Source: Rhizophagus irregularis
Lineage: Eukaryota
Assembly (NCBI RefSeq): GCF_026210795.1
Contig: NC_089430.1
Location: 1,364,001 to 1,428,000 of the forward strand
Direction of reading: 5' to 3'
Length of the DNA stretch: 64,000 nucleotides
Made by a program: the position numbers and the translations under genes. Shown here piece after piece: positions 13,101 through 24,870 of this stretch (within the stretch, counting starts at the first letter, position 1; each line of letters opens with the position of its first letter). The notes beneath the pieces were generated by a model that saw nothing but the letters and a program-made list of their open reading frames with translations, was not told the DNA's origin and did not search any database.

Positions 13101-15017
13101 TCAAATAAAGAAGTTGCTTTAAAATGTTTACATAATTTACAAGTATCCATTGATTCTTTAATAAATGAAGTATGAAATTTCTTTAAATATTTAAATACTT
13201 TTTTTTAATTATTATATTTACAATTTCTTTTATTTATTTTTAGACTAAAAAATATCCAACAAAATATGAAGTATTTCAGGTATTGTATGTAATATCTCAA
13301 AATCCAGATACAGGAGATTATATTTTGGTTCAAAACAATTCTATAAACTTGGCAAATTGTATCAGTGGAAATGAAAAAATTAATAACTTCATTCAGGAAA
13401 TGCAATTAAAAATCAATAATAAACATAATACAGTATTTGAATGGATACCTTACAATCAGTTCAACAAAATTAAGGAAATAGGCAAAAATAGTTCTATTAC
13501 GATATATTCAGCAATATGGAAGGATGGACCATTGCATTATAATAATAAGTATAATAAATATATGAGAGATTCAAATAAAGAGGTTGCTTTAAAATATTTG
13601 TATAATTCACAAAATTCTGTTGATTTTCTAATAAATGAGGTATAAAATTTTAATAATCATTCTTAATATTTAATTAATATGATATATTTATCTCTTTTGT
13701 TTATTATATTTAGGCTGAAAAATATTTGACAAAAAAAATAATTGACAGAGTAATTTGTAATATATATGGAATATCTCAAAATCCAAATACAAATAATTAT
13801 ATTTTAATTTTAATATGGGCGAGTGGAAATGAAAAAATTGACAATTTTATTCAAGAAATACAATTACAAATAGATAAATATAATGATATAGTATTTGAAT
13901 GGATACCATATAAACAGTTTAATAATATTAAAGAAATAGATAAAGGTGGATTTGCTACAGTATATTCTGCAAATTGGAAAAATGGTCCATTAGAATTTGA
14001 TACAGATAAAAAAATATATATAAGGAATCCAAATAGAGTAATTGCCTTAAAATGCTTGCATAATTCACAGAATATTACCAATAAATTTTTGAATGAGGTA
14101 TGAATTTTCTTTTAATAATTGAAGTTCATTTGTAGTAATAAATGTGTTAATTTAAGCAATATATTGTTTATTATAAATACATTTAATAGGTTAAAGAATA
14201 CTCAATAAATAAAAGAAGTAATATTCTTAATATACATGGAATATCTCAGGATCCAGATACAAAAGAATATATTATGGTTCTCCAATATGCAAAAGAAGGC
14301 AATTTTAATCATTGGATAAATAAAAACTATGAATATTTTAATTGGAAAGATAAATTATTTGCATTGCTTGATATTATTAATGGCCTTAAAGAAATTCATC
14401 AAAAAAATATAGTTCATCGTGATTTTCATACAGGAAATATATTATTTTTAAGAAATATAAATGCTTTTGGTAATTGTATATCAATTTCAGACATGGGATT
14501 ATGTGGAGAGGTTGGTAATATAGATGAAACAAAAATTTATGGAGTTATGCCTTATGTGGCTCCTGAAGTATTAAGAAGAATGCCTTATACCCAAGAATCA
14601 GATATCTATAGTTTTGGTATGATAATGTATTTTATAGCAACTGGAAGACAACCTTTTTACAATTATGCACATGATAAGTTATTAGTATTAGATATTTGTG
14701 AAGGAGTTAGACCTGAAATAAATGAACCAGAAGCACCAAGTTGTTATATTAATTTAATGAAAAAGTGCTGGGATTTAAACCCAAATAATAGGCCAAATAT
14801 TTTTGAAGTAAAGGAATTAATCATGTCATTTCATAAGTCATATGGAATGGATTTTTTCAAAGCAGAAGAATATAGAAAAGCAAATCTTTCATTTATTAAA
14901 AATTACCAAATAACTACCCATCCACAAGCTATTTATACATCTCGGTTACTTAATCCTTTTACAGAAGACCTTCCAGAATATGATGATAATTCTCAATGTT
15001 TAGATCAAAAAATCTAA
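4173..15017 (+). CDS. Giant tyrosine-kinase-like protein kinase with 21 tandem kinase N-lobe modules, 22 exons, ~2,980 aa
   Basis: Exons 4173-4526, 4600-4983, 5057-5440, 5514-5909, 5982-6365, 6611-6994, 7069-7455, 7526-7909, 7983-8366, 8441-8824, 8898-9284, 9358-9777, 9851-10246, 10319-10702, 10948-11331, 11406-11789, 11860-12255, 12329-12712, 12786-13169, 13244-13639, 13714-14097, 14190-15017. Introns are GT..AG, phase 0, after ...LINE/FLNE. Final domain has DKGGF, IALK, HRDFHTGN, DMG, YVAPE, SDIYSFG. Confidence 0.9.
6407..6570. mobile_element. 164-bp MITE in intron 5, Mutator-like by TSD length
   Basis: Imperfect ~34-bp TIRs (GAAATAATGTATTCACCGCACCCCGCGTTACAAA / TTTGTAACTCAGGGTGCGGTAAATAAATTCACTC) and 9-bp TSD TTTAATTAA; the empty site is visible in the sister introns. 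Confidence 0.85.
9778..11057 (+). repeat. ~1.3-kb near-identical internal duplication of ~5441-6720
   Basis: ORF 9956 is identical in protein to ORF 5619; ORF 10358 nearly matches ORF 5997; introns and MITE are shared. Confidence 0.9.
10744..10907. mobile_element. Second copy of the same MITE in intron 14, copied by segmental duplication
   Basis: Near-identical to 6407-6570 at offset 4337, with the same flanks and TSD. Confidence 0.85.
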
Positions 15018-15349
15018 ATCCAAATAAAATCCAAGCAAAGCACATATAATAAATTTTGTTGAAAAGATATGAATTATTCACTTTATATATATTTGTATAT
15101 CAGTTATTTATAGAATTTACAATTAATTTATAGTTTTTGTCCAACTCTATAGTTATTTTTTTTACAAAAACAAAATCTATTTGTAATTGGACATATTTGT
15201 GTGTAATATTTTCTTTGATGTAATAAAAATATGATGGACTTGGTTTACAGTACAATTTCTTGAATGTCTTTTTCTTAAATAAACCTTTTCCTGAAGTCAA
15301 ATTTTCTGAATGATCATTTCCAGTTTCCTGGACACCAATTTTCCAAATT

Positions 15350-16040
15350 ATGGAGCAATTCAAGGAAGCAAAAATTTACAGAAAATCACACCTATCTTCT
15401 TTTAAGAAAACAAACAATATTCAGGAACTATTTATACATTTAATTACTTATTTTTGAATAATGCTAAACAAGTGCTGTATTTATTGCTTTGGTCCTATCT
15501 ATTGTAAGGCAAAATAAAATCATGTTATAATCATACAAATAGCTATATTAACATAGATATCAAATTCATGTTATAATGCATATTATGATGGGTTTTTATA
15601 TGGTTATCAAAAAGACCTACAGTGATAATAAAGTCATGATAATAATTTATGTGCCATTGTTCTCAAAAAGTCTAAAAATATTACGTCCAAGAAACTGAAT
15701 GAGGTAATACTTTTAAATCTTTCAATATTATGATAGGACCCCGAGTTATATATATATATAGGTCAGGGGACACTTTTACTATTAGCTATACGCATTTCTT
15801 CAGGGCCGGCACTATGTAATGCTGGTCGTCATTATCCACAAATGGAAGTGATCTACATGATTTGGGAACCTTTTTATGTATAGCTCGGATCTTATTATGA
15901 TATGATAAAATAATGGCTTTTTTTATTTAATTCAGAGTATTTATCAAACTTATTCAGAAAAAATATATTTAATGAGTGCATTAGCAAGTACTTTGGAATA
16001 ACTCAAGATCCTATTGCCAAAGATATTATTATATTTAAAA
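15350..16040 (+). pseudogene. Scattered kinase gene relics
   Basis: 15350: MEQFKEAKIYRKSHLSSFKK resembles the tail FKAEEYRKANLSF. ~15970-16035: FNECISKYFGITQDPIAKDIII resembles beta4-beta5 YGISQDP. Confidence 0.55.
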
Positions 16041-16377
16041 AGATATTACGTAGTACCTTTAAAATATTAATTGATTGAAAAACAAAGTTGTGTAATTTAT
16101 TATACTGAATGAATACTTTTAGTTGTAGATCCAATCAGGTATCATTATATTTTAAAAATGATAATATGTTATGCTTTTACAAATAACTAAACAATATATT
16201 AATTATATTTTTTAATTTATGAATATAGAATATGTTACTAATGAACTTGATTTTGTTATCAATAATCTCATTTAACATTGGGTTAAATTTATATTGTGAC
16301 AAAAATACAAATGTTGAATTAATTTTTCTTCCATTTTTTTTTAATAAAACATATTACTTAATTTATAGGGTCAGAAT

Positions 16378-16819
16378 AGGACCGGGAAAACCTATAATGG
16401 AGGTCACTGTAGTATCCGGCACACTAGTAAAATCCATTGAATTTTTTATATATACAATTTTTAATGAAGCCAAAATGTGTGGATTAAACTTATCTGTTTA
16501 AGTTTAGAGTTAAATGCATGATTTATACACTCAATTTAGATTTTTATATATTCTGTGTAACACAAAAAGGTGGTTCGCATAATTAGTAAATTTTTTAAAA
16601 AGTGGTTCGCGTTATTATAAAATTTTTTTCGGAAAATTTAATGATCTCAGTTAATATTGATATTAAAAGAATAATTTATGATTCATTTTATTTTTCAGAC
16701 ATTTCTGTATGATTTGTTAGATTTTTAGTTTAATTACTTAAGAAAAATTTTTATTAATTTGGGCAAAACCATCATTTTACTATTGTCCGGTGACCTTTAT
16801 TATAAGTTTTCCCGGTCCT
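16378..16819. mobile_element. 442-bp non-autonomous hAT-like element
   Basis: ~30-bp TIR AGGACCGGGAAAACCTATAATGGAGGTCAC / GTGACCTTTATTATAAGTTTTCCCGGTCCT; exact 8-bp TSD GTCAGAAT at 16370-16377 and 16820-16827. Confidence 0.85.
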
Positions 16820-17279
16820 GTCAGAATGAAATACTTTTCTAACAAACCTAATTTTGCTTTTTCGCCAATGATAAATAGATTTTTACGTTAGATACTTATG
16901 TCACTTTAAAGGTTTGTTAAAAACATGTTTTTTATTGACTCAACGTGAGCACAAAATATTTTTGAGTCTTTATTTATTGCACAAAAGATTTTGGAACAAC
17001 TTTAATAATTTTCGCGAATTTGTTTTAAAACATATGCATTTATAATTGGTTAATATGAATTTTCTACAATAAAGAGATCGATAATTTACTGTATTAATGA
17101 ACAAATATTTTTTTGAAATTTTGAATTTGATAACCGTAAAGTAATGGCAACAAATCTGCACACGTGATTGAGAATGATTTGTCAATTTTTCCATGACGTT
17201 AAAATGATACATTCGAAACTTTTTTTTACCAAAATGTAAAAGTTCAATAAAAAGAAATATATAATGATAAATTACAAAA

Positions 17280-17680
17280 TACCTTACTTTTCATTTTATT
17301 AATCTACAAGTTTTAATAAAATGTTTATTCAATAAAATTTTAATACGATGAATATATATATATTTTTTTAGTAAATATCTAGCATAAATCTACTTTCCAT
17401 AAAATTTACCAAACCTGTCTTTTGCAATATGTTTGTTTAATTTATAAAATTTATCATAAAGTACCCATTCTAATGTTTCTTTTTTATGAACTGATAAATA
17501 AATTATCAATATCGTATCATTACTAGTCCATTTTTCAAAACCTTTGTTGAATAATGTTGCATTATACGTATAACTAACATGCCTTTGTTAGTTTTTTTTA
17601 AAAGAATCTGTTTAGTTTTATTATCTATAAATGAATCCGGATTAATGTAATAGTTGAAACAATGTTGGCACGAAATTAAA
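17280..17680 (-). pseudogene. Degenerate kinase N-terminal exon
   Basis: Frameshifted fragments GFEKWTS, KKETLEWVLYD, IAKDRFGKFY match the family WTSGN / LEWIPYD / IAKGGFGKIY motifs. Confidence 0.55.
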
Positions 17681-17984
17681 AAAAATTGCAATAGAACTAT
17701 AATTTTAACTAAAAATCATAATTCATGTACGGATTATACTGTATCGGATTTTAACCAATTAATGGACTGGAAGAATAACAAAGGTTTTGGTAAGACAGGA
17801 GTGACATCTATTCGATTCACATAAATGTTGGTTATATAGATTTTATTTTATAGTAGTTCTGCATCTATTATAAATAAATTTCTAACATTTACCCATAAAA
17901 AAAAAAAAAATTTCCAATTATTATAAATTTTACATAATAATATGTGCTAAATTTCAAGAATAACTTAAAATTATACTGATTTGG

Positions 17985-18155
17985 TAGTAAATTCATAAAT
18001 TATTTGATTGAGAAATGATGTTTTGAAAATTCTTAAATTATAACAATATAATTGCAAATATTATTTTGGCCATAACTCGTGGATTACCTAAAATTACTTC
18101 AGCCATTAATTTTAAAGCTGTTAATTCTATAACCATAAAAGTTCTAAATTTCGCA
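17985..18155 (-). repeat. Inverted partial copy of the repeat at ~60350-60550
   Basis: Reverse complement aligns by eye: GAACTTTTATGG..ATTAACAG..AATTAATGGC..TTTTAGGTAA..AGTTATGGCC..ATATTGTTATAATTTA..ATCATTTCTCAATCAA. Confidence 0.75.
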
Positions 18156-18539
18156 AAGTCCAATTAGAAAATGATCGACATATTTATATCAATTATTGAA
18201 AAATTCGGCCTAAAGTTAACTTTGGCATTACATGTTATTTCGCCACTTATGATCGGCAATGTGATGTTTGCCCTGTTCCTTTATAAAGCACACCATATTT
18301 TGGCCAATGTACTAATAAACATATTAAAAAAAAACCCGTTGAAATTACGCTGCAAAAATTGAAAATTGATAATTTCACTAAAAGAGAATTCATTTTTCAT
18401 AAATATTTAAAAAATATTACCTAAAAAAGAAAAAAAGAAAGAAAAAAAATAATGTTTATCTATTTTATATATATTTCTTAGATATAGTTAAGCATTCTGC
18501 CTAAGCTTCAAACAATAAATAATTTAAACACGCGTAATA

Positions 18540-19640
18540 TAAACAAAATCATATAAGAATAAAATAAAATACAAATATATTATGAAAAGTTCTTTCTAAT
18601 TATTGCAAACTAAAACAAAAAGAAACTTTGAATTTCCTGATAGATAAACCCACTTCTCCTATCTACCTATAAGCCTAGATTCATCCAAGTCTTCTAGAAT
18701 CTAACAACCTAAAAAACAAAAAAAATGAAACATAAGAACGTTTCTTTAAACAAACTTCCCCTGTAATCATTCAAGTTACCAAGAGTTGGCATTTCTAAGA
18801 GTCTTGTAACAGAAAGACCTACAAAAAAGACAAAAATCCTGAAGCAGTCCACAAAAAAGAAACAATCTACAAAAAGAAACAACCCATGAAAAAATTAGCC
18901 CATGTGAACCACGAAAAAAAATAACTCACGTAAAAAGAATTGATCTACATAAAAAGAATTGACTTACGTTAAAAAATTGACCCATGAAGAACTAACCCAT
19001 AAAGAATCAACCGACAAAAAAAATATATTCAACCTATAAGGCAAAAAAGAATAAAATATAAAATAAAAGAATTTTAAAAAGCCTAAAAAAAAGGGAATAA
19101 AAAATTTTTTTAAAAAAAATGAGGGGTAACAAAGTTAGATGATAAATAAAGTTAGAAAAATAAAAAAAAGTTTTTTATAAAAATGAAAAAAAAAAAATTT
19201 AAAAAAAAGAAAGAGTAGCGAGTGGGGAATGAAAAAATAATAAAATAAAAAAAAAACAATTTTTTAAAGGGGGTGACGAAGATAGAAAATAAAAAGAAAA
19301 AATAAATTTTAAAAAGAAAGTAGTGGATGGGAATAAAAAAAGGAGGGTGATAAATAAAGAAAAAAAAGTTTTAAAAAGAGAGCGATAAAATAAGAAAAAT
19401 AAAGGAAAGATCAAAAATAAGGTTACTGTATAAAAAAAACAAAAAAGTATCACAACAAACAATGCAACAATCACGTGTTCACGTGTTATACGGAATGACT
19501 ATAAAATTAAAAATTCCGTATACATTCCGATCATTCCGTGTACATTCTTATACATTAATTTTTTTAAAAAACATTTAAAACTGAATTACGTATTAAATAT
19601 ACGGAATTGTTATACAGAATCCATAAAAACGTATGTCAAA
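18540..19640 (-). mobile_element. Truncated, diverged copy of the element family at 45941-47561, inverted
   Basis: Shared blocks in reverse complement: CGGAATGTATACGGAATTTTTAA, CACGTGATTGTT, T-rich core with GTCACCCCCTTT, CGTTCTTATGTTTC..TTTTTTAGGTTGTT. Confidence 0.75.
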
Positions 19641-22156
19641 CATATAAAGTGATTTTTTAAGATTTTATCATTATATATGACACTTGCAAATTTTGAGTGT
19701 TGATTATCACGAAAATTTTTGGACTTACTAATAAAGGTCGATTTTATGGGTTAAAAATACAATGAAAATTTGAAAGTAATTAGAAAGGACAATATAAATT
19801 AAACTTAAATTTTTAAAGAACACTGGTAAATTTTATATGACTAGATACTTATCCGGAAAATTTTCTATCCTATTTTGAAATAAACTTTAAAACACCTCTT
19901 TCTTTTTAGGGACACACTTTGCCGCTTTAATTTAGAACTTTCTTGTTTAGGAGCGTGGTAAGCTATGCTTCGCTCTCCCTTTTTTTCATTTTTTTTATTT
20001 CTGGCCTACAATTGGATACATTATATATATTTTTAGTTTATTATAAAAACACACAAGTTTTTCATGGTGTTGTATTAATTTATTTTTTCTAATTTTTTTT
20101 TTTGCATAAACATTCCTTCTCTTTAGGAATATTTTGTTTTAGGCTTTTTTTTTGATTTTTTTACTTAAAAGATGTAAAATCTATGTAATGTTAGTCATTT
20201 TGATTTATTATCAGATACTAATCTTTTACAGTGTTTTTTTTTTATATTAAAGAAACTTGATTTTAGAATGCTTATTATCTTTTGTAGTTGATAGAGGTTT
20301 TTGGAAATATTAAATAAGTGAAAAAAAGAAATAAAAACCTTTATAATAATTTTTTTCAAAGTACCTTTTCGTTTAAAAATATTCAATCTGAGGTACATTG
20401 TTAAATGTATTTTTCTGTGCATGTTTTTTATAATATATTTTTCGTGAAGAATATAACAAATAACAAATGGTGGTGTCTAGCTGTGCCACATTCTGAACCA
20501 ATCATATTTAAGAGTATAGCGTAGCCCATAGATAATATAGATAATATCTTTATTTTTATTTTTTATAATAGAGACAAGTACAGAAGAGTAAAGGTATTTT
20601 CTAACACTAGAAAAAACTATCTAAAATTCGTCCTACCTTTTATTTTCACCCCATATTAAACAATATTATTATTCGTTAATTGTAAGTCTAAGAATTGTAT
20701 AGAATTCCATGTTACAAGTATCATGACAACGAACGAATAAGGTCCTTTACTCAATGACAATAAAAAAAGCCAGAAGTTACATCACATAATAATTCTATGG
20801 ATAAATTTTATATCAAAAATGTTTTCATAAGACTTTTTTCGTAATTGTCACTATTTTCGTTTAATTCCATAATATTGTAGCGTAACTAACCAATACAAAA
20901 CGCAAAAAATAATGAAAAAATGACAGCAAAAAAGTTTAATAGTTGAGGCTTGTTCTTTATAATAAAAACTTAATTTTTAATATTTTTACCGAAATTTTTT
21001 TAATAGACGCTTTATTAAATATATTTTATAATAATATTAAAGCTTGTATAGTAAAAACCGTTATTATACCCTTTAGCTGTCGAAACTTTTTTTTTTGAAT
21101 CACAAAAAATCACACCGAAGAAAAAATAGGAATTTGATCATTTACAGAAAATGTTCTAAAGTCAACAGTCGCCTTCAAAAACTCAAAAATGACGAAACGA
21201 TCGGAAATGATCGGCAACGATGTTATAGTAATTTACAGTTGGTATTATAATTTCTTAATTTTACAATTTTAATTCAGAATTTATATATTTACTTGATCAT
21301 GGAATTAATTATTAAAGCTTAAAATGGATTATCTTTTAAGGGACAAAACATCGAATTTACAAAGAAGCGGTAAAGTGGGCGTTTGGAAGTACAATATTTT
21401 GCATATTTCTCTGGGGAATATTACTTACATAGTGTCGATCAAATTAACACCTATTAAAAAAAAGCATTTCACCAAACAATTATTTCAGCCGTCATTCACC
21501 GACAATCATTTCACCGACAGGTTCATTTATTCATAGATGTATATTTTCGCCAATATTATTATGAACAATTATAGCTAAAGTTAAAATCACGGATTTTAAT
21601 TCTTTTTTACTTTATTTATGTGGGCTATGTTTAATTTTTTTATTTAAAATTTTTTAATAAAATCCCAACGTGTTCGATTCTAATAGATAATGGCAAATCA
21701 TAATGTATCATTTTTATGTGATCGGAAAAAGTTGCTAGTCGGAGAAATTCCGATTACATTCTTTAGCTTTATAATTATAAATATTTATATTATGTAAAGT
21801 ACTTACATTTAAATGACGAAATTAAAACCTAATAATTTTTATCATTTTCATTTTACTTCATTTTTATTCGCAATAATAGAAAACACAAGCAAAAAAAAAA
21901 ATTAAACTTATAGATTTCGTTATCATAGATACAATATTAAATATATTACACAAAATTTATTGAATGATGTAGTAGTAATAATACTGGATTCGTTCTATTT
22001 GTGTATTTTATGAACTGTTAAAAGAAAAAAAACTAAATAAAAAGGCATGTTTTCATTTTTTTTCCCTTATTTCAAGAGATTTTTGAAAAAAAAAAAATAC
22101 CACTATAAATAATAAACAAAAAAATCTTTCGAGAATCCTTATCTCTTTTTTTAAAA

Positions 22157-23098
22157 ATGTCGTCCCCTCATAAAATTTTTAAAGCAACTCAAGAGCCAGA
22201 TAAACTTTTGGGTGGAACCCGTAAGCAAGCCCGGTACGATATAGTATTCTGTTTTACAACTTAAATAATAGAAATATATTCATTGATAATGACAATAATT
22301 ATTATTTTACGTATATTTTAGCAAAATAAACGAGCAAGAAAATAAAGCTGGACCTGCGAAACCTACGGCTCCTCCTCCTGCTAACCAATCACGTGATGCT
22401 ATGTCGCAAGATAATAGTAAAGAAAAGGCACCTTCTAGTTATACTGAAGGGGCTACCATCTATTATATACCACATGAATCTCAAACACACAATAATAATG
22501 ATGGAATGTCATTTACTTCCATCCCTAATGCTCAAGTACAAGGAATTTTGGAGGCGCGTGGTAAGTTCGAAATTATTTCGAGCCTAATTTTTTTATTAAA
22601 GAGGTTTTTTTACATTTTTTTGTAGGTTTCGACTTGCCAAATTCTGAGCTTTTGGACTTGGGTGGTAAGGATGGAAGGCCATCTTCTAGCCCAACCTTCT
22701 CACGTTACTCCTTCAATTATTACGCAAAAATTCCATCGATTTTGAATGATACTCAGACACACGATCATGATGAATGGGCATCCGACACCATTCCTAATCC
22801 TCAAACACATGATGGAAGAACATCCACTATAATCTTTAATCCTCAAACATACGGTGGGAGGGTATCCTCTAGCCTCACCCTCTTGCGTTACTCCTCCAAT
22901 TATTATGCAAGAATCCCTTCGATTTTGAATGGTCTACAAACTCTTCCATCGTTCCCATGGTTCCTGAATAATCCTAATGAAAACAATGAAATTTCTCTTC
23001 CACCTGTTTGTGGTGATTCGGCATCCCAACAAATTCATTTACATACCCTTGAGCCCGTTCATAAACCGGAAGATCCAGAATTGCCGTTTCGGTTATAA
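22157..23098 (+). CDS. Hypothetical Pro/Ser-rich protein, 3 exons, ~262 aa, with internal repeats
   Basis: Exons 22157-22233, 22322-22560, 22626-23098 splice in frame via GT-AG introns; repeats GRxSSSxTxxRYSxNYYAxIPSILN x2 and NPQTHDG-like x3-4. Confidence 0.7.
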
Positions 23099-23499
23099 AT
23101 AAAATCTTCATTCCTTTCTGTAATTTTGTGAATACAGTAAATACTTAAATTAGCGAATTTTTATTATAAAAAATGTATATTTTATGATTTAAAAGATCTG
23201 ATCTTGCGGATAACCAAAAATAAATTCCTATTCGCAACTTCATTAAAAATTTTAATTATCTAAAATCATTATGTATGAAAAATCTTTATAAGTTTAAAGA
23301 ATTACCATATAAAATTTATCTTTTGTCAAAGTTTAGACCGACAATGTCACAATTGACACGCCCTTTTTCGATATAATAATTTGATACCAGGGTACAGTGA
23401 GATATAAACTAAAGTTCGACTATAATATTTTTTTTTGTTTTTTTAGCATTTTATTAATTATTTAAAATCACACAAGATTACATAATTATACAAAATACT

Positions 23500-24870
23500 T
23501 ATAGGGTATTATTAATTAAATTAACAATAACCCTATAACTAACCTATCTAAATAATTATTTTTGTAAACCCGTGCCAAATCGATCCTATTGGTCGATTAT
23601 CTAATAAACTATGTATCATTTTTTGTTCTGTTGCTAATTTTAATTAATATTTTCTTTTTTTGATTTTTTATATTATTTTCTTTGATTTTTTTGTTTTTAT
23701 TATTTTCTATACTTCCTAAATCTATATTGTTACTGTCTATATCATTCCCTTCTATCCTCATTCTCTCGTAATTCCCTTCTTTCGTTCAATCTCTGTAACC
23801 TCCTCGCATCTTTTCAACCACATTTGACTTCTAATCTGATCGTAACAATATACTCATAATTCAAATATTACTTTTTTCCCTACTTTAGTATTAGTAATAT
23901 TAAATCTGTTATCCCTATAAAAAAAGAATGTCCAGAAATTGTAGCTAAAAACGTCCGGAAAATGTTCATTTGTCTGGAATATGTCCGGAATATTGCAATT
24001 TTCCGGACATTTTCCGGACACGGACATTTTCCGGATGTTTTCAGCTACAATTTCCGGACATTTTTTTTTATAGGGTTATTAAAGACTCCTCGAAGTAATT
24101 CCCATTCCCTTGTTCTTCCTAAAAAAATCGTTGAATTTTCAAATAGAATGAGTAAATTTTATATTTATATCACGGACAATTGACGCTTGTATTTCATAAT
24201 AAAATTTTCTTCAAATGACGCTATGGCATTTAAAATTACTTCTCTGATCGTAGCCTCGTTACATTCACACTCCAAAATATGCCACCAACTTTCATCTTCT
24301 TTTTCATATCTTGCACATATATCGGAATCTATCATGCATATTCACCTTTCTTTTAAACCAGGTAACGTAAGTAGGAAGCGTTTTTAGTAAATTTTTAATT
24401 TTGTAAGCTCGTTCTATCGTGTCGTATTCATTTATTTGTCTGTTATTATATTTGTTCTTATTACTTATAAAGAATAAAAGTCTTATTTTATTATAACTTT
24501 TTGACTGTAATACTAAATCCTTATTAAAATTTCATTTTTGTATTTTACGTTCATTTTTAATTTCCCCTAACCTATAACCCTCTGAAATCAATATCTTATT
24601 CCAATAAAGATTAAACTACTTAACTATTAATCCTTTCATATTCAGAGTGCAACTTAGACTTTTATCTAGCGTGAAATTATTTAACTAACTCTTGATTTAT
24701 TTGCTTTTACGTATTTCATTTGACTATAATAAATTTAGGAAACCCCAATTAATCTATACTATATTCGGTTGACATGAGACTCCGCAAATCTACTTTCATA
24801 AATATCGGCTGGACGAATCATTCATCAAATATCCCCTTGAACGAAGTATACGTTTTGAACTTGTCTTAAT
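23500..24870 (-). mobile_element. Degenerate 3' fragment of a non-LTR retrotransposon ORF2
   Basis: Minus-strand fragments LKTLPT, DSDICARYEKEDESWWHILEC (decayed CCHC/zf-RVT-like) and QMWLKRCEEVTEIERKKGIT resemble LINE ORF2 C-termini; many stops; boundaries approximate. Confidence 0.6.
23913..24075. mobile_element. 163-bp foldback MITE with CCCTATAAAAAAA termini
   Basis: Long inverted arms CCCTATAAAAAAAGAATGTCCAGAAATTGTAGCT / AGCTACAATTTCCGGACATTTTTTTTTATAGGG, internal TCCGGA repeats, TTAT on both flanks. Confidence 0.85.

Noticed and set aside
4143..14103. About 20 separate small ORFs ending ..LINEV*
   Set aside because: The terminal V-stop is the splice donor GTATGA/GTATAA; these are exons of one gene.
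19199..19474. Hydrophobic membrane-like ORF (also 24897-25196 and 46868-47083)
   Set aside because: Products of T-rich or CT-rich low-complexity sequence; the 19199 and 46868 ORFs lie inside repeat elements.
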